NCBI GenBank assembly: GCA_964383745.1
Contig: CAYLHV010000003.1
Location: forward strand, 33,590-97,589
Reading direction: 5' to 3'
Length of the DNA stretch: 64,000 bases
Origin: an uncultured Rickettsiales bacterium
GTDB taxonomy: Bacteria > Pseudomonadota > Alphaproteobacteria > Rickettsiales > CAYLHV01
The notes under the pieces are model-generated. The model saw only the letters and a program-made list of their open reading frames with translations. It was not told the DNA's origin and did not search any database. The position numbers were made by a program, and so were the translations under genes. Positions within the stretch are counted from its first letter, which is position 1, and each line of letters begins with the position of its first letter. Positions 17,332 to 25,901 of this stretch are shown piece by piece.

Positions 17332-18150
17332 CTATGTGGTTGAAATGTCTGGTGCGTCATAGGCTTTCATTCCGACAACATGGTAGCCTGAGTCGACATG
17401 CAAGATTTCTCCTGTGGTGCCTTTTGAAAGGTCGCTCACTAGATAGACGCACGAGTCTCCAACATCAGTGATTGTGGTGTTTCTCTTGAGGGGTGAGTTA
17501 TATTCGTTCCATTTTAGAATATATTTGAAATCACCAATTCCGGAAGAAGCGAGAGTTTTGATTGGACCGGCGGAAATTGCATTAACTCGGATGTTTTGTT
17601 TGCCGAGGTCCATTGCCATATATTGGACACTGGTTTCTAAAGCGGCTTTAGCAACTCCCATGACATTATAGTTTGGCATGACTTTTTCTGCGCCATAATA
17701 GCTCATTGTGACCATGCTGCCACCGTTTTTCATGAGTTTTTCTGCTCTTCTTGCGACTGCTGTGAAAGAATAGCAGGAAATGTTCATGGTCATTAGGAAA
17801 TTCTCAAGAGAAGTGTCGACATAGCGGCCTTTTAGTTCGTTTTTGTCTGAAAATGCAATTGAATGAACCAAAAAGTCAATTTCTCCAAATTCTTTTGCAA
17901 GTTCGTCAAAAGCTTTATCAATGCTTTCTGAATCACTCACATCGCAATCAATGATGACTTTTGAGCCAATTGAGTCTGCGAGAGGTTTAACTCTTTTTTT
18001 GAATGGTTCGCCTTGATAGGTGAATGCGAGTTCTGCGCCATGTTGATTTAATTGTTGCGCAATGCCCCAACCAATTGAAAGCTCATTAGCAACACCCATG
18101 ATTAGGCCTTTTTTGCCTTTTAAGAGATTGGATTTTCCTTCTGAAGACAT
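17332..18150 (-). CDS. fabI: enoyl-[acyl-carrier-protein] reductase (NADH) FabI
   Basis: 272 aa. N-terminus LKGKKGLIMGVANELSIGWGIA and the Y-x6-K motif (YNVMGVAK) are typical of FabI. Confidence 0.95.
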   Translation of the reverse strand: MSSEGKSNLLKGKKGLIMGVANELSIGWGIAQQLNQHGAELAFTYQGEPFKKRVKPLADSIGSKVIIDCDVSDSESIDKAFDELAKEFGEIDFLVHSIAFSDKNELKGRYVDTSLENFLMTMNISCYSFTAVARRAEKLMKNGGSMVTMSYYGAEKVMPNYNVMGVAKAALETSVQYMAMDLGKQNIRVNAISAGPIKTLASSGIGDFKYILKWNEYNSPLKRNTTITDVGDSCVYLVSDLSKGTTGEILHVDSGYHVVGMKAYDAPDISTT

Positions 18151-18174
18151 TTATTTTCCCCTTCTTTTGTGTGA

Positions 18175-18639
18175 TTAAGAAACGATTCTCCATGAGCCGT
18201 CAACTTCGCGGCAAGCTTTACCATAGGCTTTTTCGGTTTTTCCGCCAATGGTGACAGTTTGGTTATATTCTCGGCAATATTGGTCATTATTCTGGAAGGT
18301 TCTTATTGGTGTGAAAGTGCCAGAATGGCCATTATCTGGATTTTTCCATTGACTGGTTCTGCCTGTTGGGGCGCTTTCAAGTGCATTTTGTGAGTTTCTT
18401 TCAGCATAGGCTCTGTCTGCCTTGTCCATGGAAGCTCCGATTTGATTTCCAATTAGTGAACCTGCGATTGCGCCAATTGCAATTCCAGCCATCTGGCCAG
18501 AACCTTTGCCGACTGTTGACCCGAGAAGCGCTCCGCCAATGCCTCCAAGCACTGTTCCGGCTCCTTGTTTATTGACTCCATTTTCAGCACATGAAGAGAG
18601 AATGGTGACGATTGCTAGTAAAGAAATTAATTTTTTCAT
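18175..18639 (-). CDS. 17-kDa surface antigen family lipoprotein (glycine-zipper domain)
   Basis: Lipobox ILSSC, glycine-zipper GGIGGALLGSTVGKGSGQMAGIAIGAIAGSLIG and a C-terminal YCREY...CRE cysteine pair, as in the rickettsial 17-kDa antigen. Confidence 0.85.
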   Translation of the reverse strand: MKKLISLLAIVTILSSCAENGVNKQGAGTVLGGIGGALLGSTVGKGSGQMAGIAIGAIAGSLIGNQIGASMDKADRAYAERNSQNALESAPTGRTSQWKNPDNGHSGTFTPIRTFQNNDQYCREYNQTVTIGGKTEKAYGKACREVDGSWRIVS

Positions 18640-18759
18640 TTTTTGCTCCTTAGTTTAATGTTGGTTGATGTCAATTATATAGGGTTTTTCCATGATTGCA
18701 ATATAAATCTTTAGATTGGGTAATTCAAGATGCTGGATTTATTAAAGATAAAAAAACTA

Positions 18760-18788
18760 TAGACAATTCATTATTTTTGTAATATGAT
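18760..18788 (+). promoter_or_regulatory. candidate sigma70 promoter TAGACA-17-TATGAT for the first GT2 gene
   Basis: Hexamers read directly. The -35 region is conserved upstream of the second GT2 gene (19942-19947). Confidence 0.4.
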
Positions 18789-18839
18789 GTGTGGTTTGAG
18801 TTTTGTTTTATGTTAAAACTATTATAGTGAGTGTATTGT

Positions 18840-19853
18840 ATGAAGGTTTTTAATAATAAAAGATATATATTATTAATTGCGGTGGTTGTTATTGCAATTC
18901 TTTCGGTGAATAAAAGCTTTAAGAAAAGATTATCTTATTATTGGGGTTCTTATGTTGAAATTGAGCCTTTTAAGATTGAAGATGAGAAGATTAGATTCTG
19001 TATTGTTAGTCCGACATATAATTCTAAGAAAATGACTGTGGAGAGCATTAAATCTGTTTTAAGGCAGAAATATAGTAATTGGCGTTTATATATTACCGAT
19101 GATAAGTCGCCAGATGGGACATATGAATATGTGAGTGATTTTATTAGGAAAGAGAATATTGGTGATAAAGTTAGCATTGTGAAAAATGATGTGAATGTTG
19201 GTTCGATGAGGAATATATATAATAGTATACATAAAAATTGCGCTGATGATGACGTTGTGGTGCAGTTAGACGGTGATGATATGTTATTTGGTAAATATGT
19301 TTTTCATAGATTGTTTAAAGAATATAATGATAATGACATTTGGCTTAGTTTTGGTAGGTATGTTAGTTTGGCGAGTAAATCGATATATGGTGGTGCATTT
19401 CATACAGCGGAAGTTATTAAGAATAATGAATATAGAGCTAATCATATTAGGAGCACTCCAATCAGAGCATTCAGAGCTTGGTTGTTCAAGAAAATTAAAT
19501 TAAAAGATTTTATGGATGATGATGGCGATTTTTATAAATTAACCCAAGATGTAGTGATGTATTCACCTATGTCTGAAATGACTCCGATTGAGAAAATTAA
19601 AATGATTCCGAAAGTTATGTATGTTTATAATGATGTGAGACCGGATAATGATTTTAAAGTTCATAGTTTGACGCAACTTGCAACGCATAGAAAGTTAGTT
19701 TTTAAACCGAGATATTCGAAAATTAAAGATCGGAATGATCCGATTGTTTATATGCCTCCTGTTAAGTTGGTTGCATATGATTTGGCTTGTTATTTGCTAA
19801 TTGATCCTGAATATGTGGATCCGTCTACTAAGGACGCTGCTAAATGTAAATAG
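18840..19853 (+). CDS. family 2 glycosyltransferase, N-terminal membrane anchor (copy a)
   Basis: FCIVSPTYNSKKMTVESIKSVLRQKYSNW.L.ITDDKSPDGT plus a DxD motif (QLDGDDML). The ATG at 18840 (MKVFNNK) is preferred over the GTG at 18831. Confidence 0.8.
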   Translation: MKVFNNKRYILLIAVVVIAILSVNKSFKKRLSYYWGSYVEIEPFKIEDEKIRFCIVSPTYNSKKMTVESIKSVLRQKYSNWRLYITDDKSPDGTYEYVSDFIRKENIGDKVSIVKNDVNVGSMRNIYNSIHKNCADDDVVVQLDGDDMLFGKYVFHRLFKEYNDNDIWLSFGRYVSLASKSIYGGAFHTAEVIKNNEYRANHIRSTPIRAFRAWLFKKIKLKDFMDDDGDFYKLTQDVVMYSPMSEMTPIEKIKMIPKVMYVYNDVRPDNDFKVHSLTQLATHRKLVFKPRYSKIKDRNDPIVYMPPVKLVAYDLACYLLIDPEYVDPSTKDAAKCK

Positions 19854-20020
19854 AGATAAATGCGGATATTGAGTTAGTTTGAGGATTGCTTTATCTATAT
19901 TTTCGTTATAGAAAATTTTATATTAGTAAGAAAAAAACTAGTAGACAATTAATTTATTCTGCGATAAAGTTCTATAAGTTTTTTCCTTTAATTTACGAAC
20001 ACGTATTAGGAGTTGTAAAT

Positions 20021-21076
20021 ATGAATACCATAGCTCGCTGTATAGGCGCATTAAGAAGTAATATAAAAAAATCCATATTACTGGTTATTTTGGCGATCAC
20101 TGTTGTTTTTTTGGTAGAAAATCAGAGCGTTAGAAGAAATTTATCCTATTATTGGGCTCTTTATAAGGAAACTGAGCCTTTTAAGATTGAAGATGAGAAG
20201 ATTAGATTTTGCATTGTTAGTCCGACATATAATTCCAAGAAAATGACTGTGGAGAGCATTAAATCTGTGTTAAGGCAGAAATATAGTAATTGGCATTTAC
20301 ATGTTACCGATGATAAATCACCAGATGGTACATATGAATATGTTAGTGATTTTATTAGGAAAGAGAATATTGGCGATAAAGTTAGCATTGTAAAAAATGA
20401 AGTGAATGTTGGTGCAATGGCGAATATTTATAATAGCATACATAAAAATTGTGCGGATGATGACGTGGTGGTTATGTTAGATGGCGATGATATGTTATTT
20501 GGTAAATATGTTTTTCATAAATTATTTAAAGCATATAATGATAATGATATTTGGCTTAGTTTTGGTAGGTATGTTAATTTATCTCATAAAGGGAAGTCAG
20601 ATGGTTCATTTTATAAACCAGAAGTTATTAGGAAAAATGAGTTTAGAGCAATTCACCATAAGTTTAGTCATCTAAGATCATTTAGAGCATGGTTGTTTAA
20701 AAAGATTAAATTAGAAGATTTAAAAGATCGTGGTGAGTTCTATCGCTTAAGTCACGATATAATAATTTACTCACTTATGTCTGAAATGACGCCAATTGAA
20801 AAAATTAAAATGCTTCCAGCAGTTATGTATGTTTATAATGATGTGAGACCGGATAATGATTTTAAAATTTACAGCTTGACACAACTTACAACACATAGAA
20901 AATTAATTTTCAAACCACGCTATTCGAAGATTAAAGATCGGAATGATCCGGTGGTTTATATGCCTCCTGTTAAGTTGGTTGCATATGATCTTGCTTGTTA
21001 TTTACTTATTGATCCTGAATATGTGGATCCGTCTACTAAAGGTGCATGTATTAGCGCAAGTAGGTGTGGATATTAA
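20021..21076 (+). CDS. family 2 glycosyltransferase, N-terminal membrane anchor (copy b)
   Basis: Paralog of 18840..19853 with the same GT-A motifs (MLDGDDML). The ATG at 20021 is preceded by AGGAG (20008-20012). The ORF-track start at 19886 is an upstream extension. Confidence 0.8.
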   Translation: MNTIARCIGALRSNIKKSILLVILAITVVFLVENQSVRRNLSYYWALYKETEPFKIEDEKIRFCIVSPTYNSKKMTVESIKSVLRQKYSNWHLHVTDDKSPDGTYEYVSDFIRKENIGDKVSIVKNEVNVGAMANIYNSIHKNCADDDVVVMLDGDDMLFGKYVFHKLFKAYNDNDIWLSFGRYVNLSHKGKSDGSFYKPEVIRKNEFRAIHHKFSHLRSFRAWLFKKIKLEDLKDRGEFYRLSHDIIIYSLMSEMTPIEKIKMLPAVMYVYNDVRPDNDFKIYSLTQLTTHRKLIFKPRYSKIKDRNDPVVYMPPVKLVAYDLACYLLIDPEYVDPSTKGACISASRCGY

Positions 21077-21194
21077 GTTAGTTTGAGGCTTTCTGTCTAT
21101 AATAATTGGTTATCAAAAAATTTTGATTCACAGGGCCGTTAAGTTCTAGAGAATAAGAATTTAATTGCCTAGCTTTTTATCTAAAAAAAACCGA

Positions 21195-21223
21195 TTGATT
21201 TTTAGTGGGAATCTTTTTATCAT
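21195..21223 (+). promoter_or_regulatory. candidate sigma70 promoter TTGATT-17-TATCAT for GT10 copy a
   Basis: Read directly. The homologous TTGATT-16-TATCAT is at 22533-22560 upstream of copy b. Confidence 0.4.
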
Positions 21224-21261
21224 ATGAATATGTTTTTTAGTTTATCATACGGGGGTTCGTT

Positions 21262-22362
21262 GTGAGAAAGAGGGGATTAGTTATAGTGTTTTTGCTAATT
21301 GGATTAGTTGGGCTTTCATTATATGGTGCGAATTTGAAAAATTTGACTTCTGATCAAACAAAGAAAACACTAAGGCTTCATGCGATTGGGTTCTGGGATA
21401 ATGAGTATGTGAAATATTTGTTCTATGTAAAAGAATTAGAAAAAAAATATGATATAATATGGTCTTCTTCTAACCCGGATATTGTTTTGACAAGCCAAAA
21501 TTTAGAGGAGGGGAAAGTGAATAGCTACCCGAATGCAATAAAGATTCACTATTCTGGGGAGGTTTTTCGTGGGAATTCTGCTGACCATATTGCCAGCCAT
21601 GATCTTGTGATGGCAACTGAAGATTTTAAATATGATAATTATATAAGATTGCCATATTACCAAGTCCATTATAGCGACAGAATTAATCATAAGAATGATT
21701 CTAGAGGAAAGTGTAATCCAAATAAGAAATATTTTGCATGTTTTTTGGTGAGTAATGGTGGGTGGCATGAGATTTTTGATAATTTAGGCACAGATAAAAA
21801 TTGGGAAAATGTGATTAGGAAATATGAGAAGGAACCTGATGAAGTCATCAGAGTATTTAAAGATTATGAAAAAAGGAATATTGATATTAAAGAGATTTTT
21901 CAGGGGGCGCGAGATAGGAATGATTTGTTTCATGCTCTTTCTTTATATAAATTTGTTGCAAGTGGTGGAAAATATTTGAGGAATATGAAAGAGAGTCCAA
22001 CAGATGCAGAAAAATGGCTTTCTGATTGTAAATTTGTGATTGCATATGAGAATCAATATTATCCGCATTATATTACTGAAAAACCTTTTCAGGCCTGGTT
22101 TTCGGGGGCTGTGCCAATTTATAATGCGCATGGAACAACATTAAGTGACTTCAACAAAAAAGCAACAATTTTTGCAGGGGATTTTGAGTCGCGTGAAAAA
22201 ATGATTGATTATATTAAGCAAGTGGATCAAGATGATCAAAAATATTGTGAGATTTGGAATGAATCAATTTTTACAAAAGATGCAGGGAAAGATTTTGTGG
22301 TGATTGAAAAGAAAGTGAATGATAGAATTGCGGAAATCATTAAAAATAAATTGGGAAAATAA
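21262..22362 (+). CDS. GT10-like glycosyltransferase (alpha-1,3/4-fucosyltransferase family), copy a
   Basis: CFLVSN..., RNDLFHALSLYKFVASGGKYLRN and CKFVIAYENQYYPHYITEKPFQAWFSGAVPIY align with the conserved FucT motifs (CFVVSN, V.GGG..RN, KF.LCFEN..GYVTEK......IPIY). GTG start and an N-terminal TM anchor. Confidence 0.75.
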   Translation: MRKRGLVIVFLLIGLVGLSLYGANLKNLTSDQTKKTLRLHAIGFWDNEYVKYLFYVKELEKKYDIIWSSSNPDIVLTSQNLEEGKVNSYPNAIKIHYSGEVFRGNSADHIASHDLVMATEDFKYDNYIRLPYYQVHYSDRINHKNDSRGKCNPNKKYFACFLVSNGGWHEIFDNLGTDKNWENVIRKYEKEPDEVIRVFKDYEKRNIDIKEIFQGARDRNDLFHALSLYKFVASGGKYLRNMKESPTDAEKWLSDCKFVIAYENQYYPHYITEKPFQAWFSGAVPIYNAHGTTLSDFNKKATIFAGDFESREKMIDYIKQVDQDDQKYCEIWNESIFTKDAGKDFVVIEKKVNDRIAEIIKNKLGK

Positions 22363-22485
22363 ATGGGAATATTCAAATAACTGTGTAAATCTAAAATCAT
22401 TCCATAGGAAAATGGATATCTAATTGAGGAAGAATGATGAGCCAATTTTATATTGGCATATTCCATTTTTTTAAATTAACTAAAG

Positions 22486-22519
22486 CGGTATCAACTTATA
22501 TTGGGTGATGCCGTTTTTT
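22486..22519 (+). terminator. rho-independent terminator after GT10 copy a (cggtatca-N12-tgatgccg + TTTTTT)
   Basis: 8-bp stem with one G-U pair, followed by a T6 run. Confidence 0.5.
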
Positions 22520-22532
22520 ATCTGAAAACTAA

Positions 22533-22560
22533 TTGATTTTTAACTAAAATCTTTTATCAT
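22533..22560 (+). promoter_or_regulatory. candidate sigma70 promoter TTGATT-16-TATCAT for GT10 copy b
   Basis: Homologous to 21195-21223. Confidence 0.4.
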
Positions 22561-22600
22561 ACATGCTGGTGTTTTTGTTTTTCGGTTTATTTTTATTAAT

Positions 22601-23704
22601 ATGAGGAGTTTTGTGAGGAAGAGAGGGTTAGTTATTGCGTTTTTGCTGGTTGGGTTGGTTAGTCTGTCACTGTATAGTTCAAATTTTGTTTCTGATCAGA
22701 AAAAGAAAACGTTGAGGGTTCATGCGACTGGGTTTTGGGACAATGAGCATGCAAAACATTTTTTCTATGTGAAAGAGTTGGAGAGAAAATATGATATTAT
22801 GTGGTCTGCTTTTAATCCAGATATTGTTTTCACAAGCCAACGCTTATTAAAAGGAAGAGAGAAGCTTTACCCGAATGCAATAAAGATTTACTATTCTGGG
22901 GAGATTTTTCGTGGGAATTCTGCTGATCATATTGCCAGTCATGATCTTGTGCTGGCGACTGAGGATTTTAAATATGATAATTATATAAGATTGCCATATT
23001 ATCAAATCCATTATGGTGATAGAATTAATCATAAGAATGATTCTAGAGGAAAGTGTGACCCGAATAAGAAATATTTTGCATGTTTTTTGGTGAGTAATGG
23101 GGGGTGGCATGAGATTTTTGATAATTTGGGCGCAGATAAGAATTGGGAAAATGTGGTTAAGAAATATTCAAAAGAATCTAAGGCAGTTATCAGAATTTTG
23201 AAAGATTATGAAAAAAGGAATATTGACATTAGAGAGGTTTTTCAAGGGGCGCGAGATAGGAATGATTTGTTTCACGCTCTTTCTTTATATAAATTTGTTG
23301 CAAGTGGTGGAAAATATTTGAGGAATATGAAAGAGAGTCCAACAGATGCAGAAAAATGGCTTTCTGATTGTAAATTTGTGATTGCATATGAGAATCAATA
23401 TTATCCGCATTATATTACTGAAAAACCTTTTCAGGCCTGGTTTTCGGGGGCTGTGCCAATTTATAATGCGCATGGAACAACATTAAGTGACTTCAACAAA
23501 AAAGCAACAATTTTTGCAGGGGATTTTGAGTCGCGTGAAAAAATGATTGATTATATTAAGCAAGTGGATCAAGATGATCAAAAATATTGTGAGATTTGGA
23601 ATGAATCAATTTTTACAAAAGATGCAGGGAAAGATTTTGTGGTGATTGAAAAGAAAGTGAATGATAGAATTGCGGAAATCATTAAAAATAAATTGGGAAA
23701 ATAG
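22601..23704 (+). CDS. GT10-like glycosyltransferase (fucosyltransferase family), copy b
   Basis: Paralog of 21262..22362. The C-terminal 142 aa are identical. Confidence 0.75.
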   Translation: MRSFVRKRGLVIAFLLVGLVSLSLYSSNFVSDQKKKTLRVHATGFWDNEHAKHFFYVKELERKYDIMWSAFNPDIVFTSQRLLKGREKLYPNAIKIYYSGEIFRGNSADHIASHDLVLATEDFKYDNYIRLPYYQIHYGDRINHKNDSRGKCDPNKKYFACFLVSNGGWHEIFDNLGADKNWENVVKKYSKESKAVIRILKDYEKRNIDIREVFQGARDRNDLFHALSLYKFVASGGKYLRNMKESPTDAEKWLSDCKFVIAYENQYYPHYITEKPFQAWFSGAVPIYNAHGTTLSDFNKKATIFAGDFESREKMIDYIKQVDQDDQKYCEIWNESIFTKDAGKDFVVIEKKVNDRIAEIIKNKLGK

Positions 23705-23782
23705 ATTTTTATCTTGTGTTTGATTTTGACATTTGAGATGCTGATGGGGTGGAGAATTTAAATTATTGGTGGATTTCTGGAA

Positions 23783-24682
23783 ATGGAAAAAAATGATCTG
23801 ATTAAATTTACAACCTATTTTGCTGTGATCATTTCCTTGGTGATTTTGGGTTTAAAAATTTATGGCTATTTTCAGACTAATTCTTCCAGTATTCTTGCGT
23901 CTCTTTCTGATTCTTTGGCTGATTTTTTAATGTCTTTTGCTAATTTCATTGCAGCGATTTATGCAATGAAACCGCCTGATCATGAACATCGGTTTGGGCA
24001 TGGTAAAGCTGAAGATTTGGCTTCTTTCATGCAATCAATTCTTCTATTGATTGTCAGCATTTTCATTATTTTTAACGCAATTTCAAATATTTACATGAAA
24101 AAAGAAGTTCATGATCATGAAATTGGCGTCTATATTATGCTGATTTCATCAGCTTTGGTGATTTTACTGATTTCAGTGCAGAATTATGCCATTCGTCACA
24201 CAGATTCGAAAATAATTGAACTTGACAAAATGCACTATTTAACAGATTTATCTATGAATTTTTCTGTGATTCTGGCTCTTTTGGGAGGGGGATTTGTTGA
24301 TTTGCCTTTTGCTAAATATCTCGATTCTTTTCTTGCGATTATGATTGGAATATATATTATTTTCTCGGTTAGTAAAATTTTGTTGAATGCTTTTAATAAT
24401 TTGATGGATCGCGAATTTAGTGAAAAAGAGAGGGAGAAAATTGTGGAATTGCTTCGGAATAATGAACATTTAAGAGGATTTCATGATTTGAAAACTAGAG
24501 TTTCTGGAAGAAATTCTTTCGTGCAAGTTCATGTGGTGCTAGATGGAAACATGGTTCTGAAAGATTGTCACATCATCACTGAGCAAATTGAAAAACAAAT
24601 TAGCGCGATTTTTAAAAATTGTGAAGTCTTGATTCATCAAGATCCGGAAAATGCTAATGAAAAAATACAATTCTCAGAATAG
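23783..24682 (+). CDS. cation diffusion facilitator family transporter (FieF/CzcD-like)
   Basis: 299 aa with 6 TM helices, the motif SDSLADF...HEHRFGHGKAEDL and a C-terminal cytoplasmic domain. Confidence 0.9.
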   Translation: MEKNDLIKFTTYFAVIISLVILGLKIYGYFQTNSSSILASLSDSLADFLMSFANFIAAIYAMKPPDHEHRFGHGKAEDLASFMQSILLLIVSIFIIFNAISNIYMKKEVHDHEIGVYIMLISSALVILLISVQNYAIRHTDSKIIELDKMHYLTDLSMNFSVILALLGGGFVDLPFAKYLDSFLAIMIGIYIIFSVSKILLNAFNNLMDREFSEKEREKIVELLRNNEHLRGFHDLKTRVSGRNSFVQVHVVLDGNMVLKDCHIITEQIEKQISAIFKNCEVLIHQDPENANEKIQFSE

Positions 24683-24687
24683 TCCGT

Positions 24688-25365
24688 TCAAGAGAATCTT
24701 TTTCTGATTTTGCTAAGCACTTCTTCGGCAATTTCTGAAATGGGGTTAAAATCTGCTTCCTCAAGGCCAGGCCAAATGGTTTTGCCAATTTCACTATAAA
24801 CCTTCTTCAATCTTAAAAATTCAACATGAAGTGAGCTGTCTTTTGACTCTTGTGCGTAGATTTCTGCGAGAGCTTCCAGAGCGGCTTTGGAGACAGCATA
24901 GGCTCCGTAGAAAGCTGGGCTTGGGAAAACTTCTTCACAAGATGCAAAAATTGCTAAAGATTTTTCTGATTTTTTTAAAAGCAAATCAAAGCTTCTGATG
25001 AGTCTCCAATTTGCAGTTAAATTCACATCCATGATTTTTTGCCAAACTTTAGGAGTGAGATGTGTTAAAGGAGTTAGATTTGTGACAATGGCCGCCATGC
25101 TGATGAAAATGTCAATTTTGCCGAATCTCTCAAAAATTTGGTAACCTAAATTATCAATTTGCTCGAAATTTACTAAATCAACGCAGGCAATTGTGATTTT
25201 TGAGCCATTTTCTCTGGCAAAATCATCAAGCTGTTCTAAATTTTTCTGGTTTTTATCTAAAGCAATTAATTGCACATTTTCAAGAATTAATTTTTTTGAG
25301 AGCTCAAGACCAATGCCTGACGCTGCTCCTGTTAACAAAACCACTTTATTCTCAAGACTTCTCAC
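24688..25365 (-). CDS. SDR family oxidoreductase
   Basis: TGAASGIG cofactor motif and YAVSKAAL (YxxxK). The GTG at 25365 is preferred because the ORF-track start (25413) would overlap the upstream gene by 31 nt. Confidence 0.75.
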   Translation of the reverse strand: MRSLENKVVLLTGAASGIGLELSKKLILENVQLIALDKNQKNLEQLDDFARENGSKITIACVDLVNFEQIDNLGYQIFERFGKIDIFISMAAIVTNLTPLTHLTPKVWQKIMDVNLTANWRLIRSFDLLLKKSEKSLAIFASCEEVFPSPAFYGAYAVSKAALEALAEIYAQESKDSSLHVEFLRLKKVYSEIGKTIWPGLEEADFNPISEIAEEVLSKIRKRFS

Positions 25366-25382
25366 TTTACACCCCACTAAAA

Positions 25383-25901
25383 TTAAATGAATTCGGAGAC
25401 ATAGACGCCCCAAATTTTTGATTTCTCAATCCATCCTTCAATTTTTTTTGACCCAGTTTCTTCCGATGCATCAATTTTAATTAGGCACCAATTTTTTTTA
25501 CATGTTTTTAAAGAACCTCTGACTTCTGACTCAACTTTTGCAACCACGTTACTCGCTGCATGAGGCTTAGTGTAGATTTTTTGGAATTCCTGGCCTTTGA
25601 TTGATTTGACCACAATTCTGCGCTGACCTGAGAGCATGGTTTTATGCATCCAACCTTCATCACCATTATGATCTCTGGTCTTTCGCCATTGTTCAAATTC
25701 AGCAATGATTTCAACTGGCTCCATTGATTTGACATAGACCCAAATGATGGGATATCTGACGCTTGGGCCAGTTCTTAAATTTGCTTCAGATGACCTGATT
25801 GAAGCGAAACGTGGCAGGCTTAATTGCTCTGTTGCAAACAAATTGCAAGATATTATGGATAAAAATAGAAATTTCAGAAGGAATCTAAGCAATTTAGTCA
25901 T
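25383..25901 (-). CDS. SH3-like domain protein (DUF1058-type), secreted
   Basis: Signal peptide MTKLLRFLLKFLFLSIISCNLFA, then LPRFASIRSSEANLRTGPSVRYPIIWVY...GDEGWMH typical of bacterial SH3b proteins. The ATG at 25901 overlaps the kefB stop (ATGACTAA). Confidence 0.7.
   Translation of the reverse strand: MTKLLRFLLKFLFLSIISCNLFATEQLSLPRFASIRSSEANLRTGPSVRYPIIWVYVKSMEPVEIIAEFEQWRKTRDHNGDEGWMHKTMLSGQRRIVVKSIKGQEFQKIYTKPHAASNVVAKVESEVRGSLKTCKKNWCLIKIDASEETGSKKIEGWIEKSKIWGVYVSEFI

Larger units (their letters stand above)
18748..21110 (+). repeat. tandem duplication (two units of about 1.18-1.21 kb), each carrying a promoter and one GT2 gene
   Basis: Promoter regions (aaaaaaacta[t/g]tagacaatt), central coding regions (hand estimate above 90% nt identity, e.g. 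18963-19200 versus 20174-20411) and 3' flanks (gatatt[g/a]agttagtttgagg) align in the same order. Confidence 0.8.
21172..23704 (+). repeat. tandem duplication (period about 1342 bp), each unit carrying a promoter and one GT10-like gene; the last 428 bp are identical
   Basis: 21934-22361 equals 23276-23703 base for base on hand comparison. The upstream coding parts are only about 80% identical. The promoter regions (ttgatt...tatcat) also align. Confidence 0.85.

Noticed and set aside
19886-20020. Upstream extension of the second GT2 gene (ORF-track start at 19886, 45 extra codons)
   Set aside because: The extension covers the duplicated promoter region. The ATG at 20021 has an AGGAG site and corresponds to the N-terminus of the paralog.
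21440-21447. A8 homopolymer inside GT10 copy a as a possible phase-variation tract (by analogy with poly-C tracts in H. pylori fut genes)
   Set aside because: A/T runs of this length are common throughout this AT-rich window. Copy b lacks the run (gagagaaaatat). No long G/C homopolymer lies within any of the four GT genes.
18748-23704. Possible CRISPR array or other short-period repeat array suggested by the repeated sequence blocks
   Set aside because: The repeats are kilobase-scale tandem gene duplications with intact ORFs. There is no short direct-repeat/spacer periodicity anywhere in the window, and there are no cas genes.
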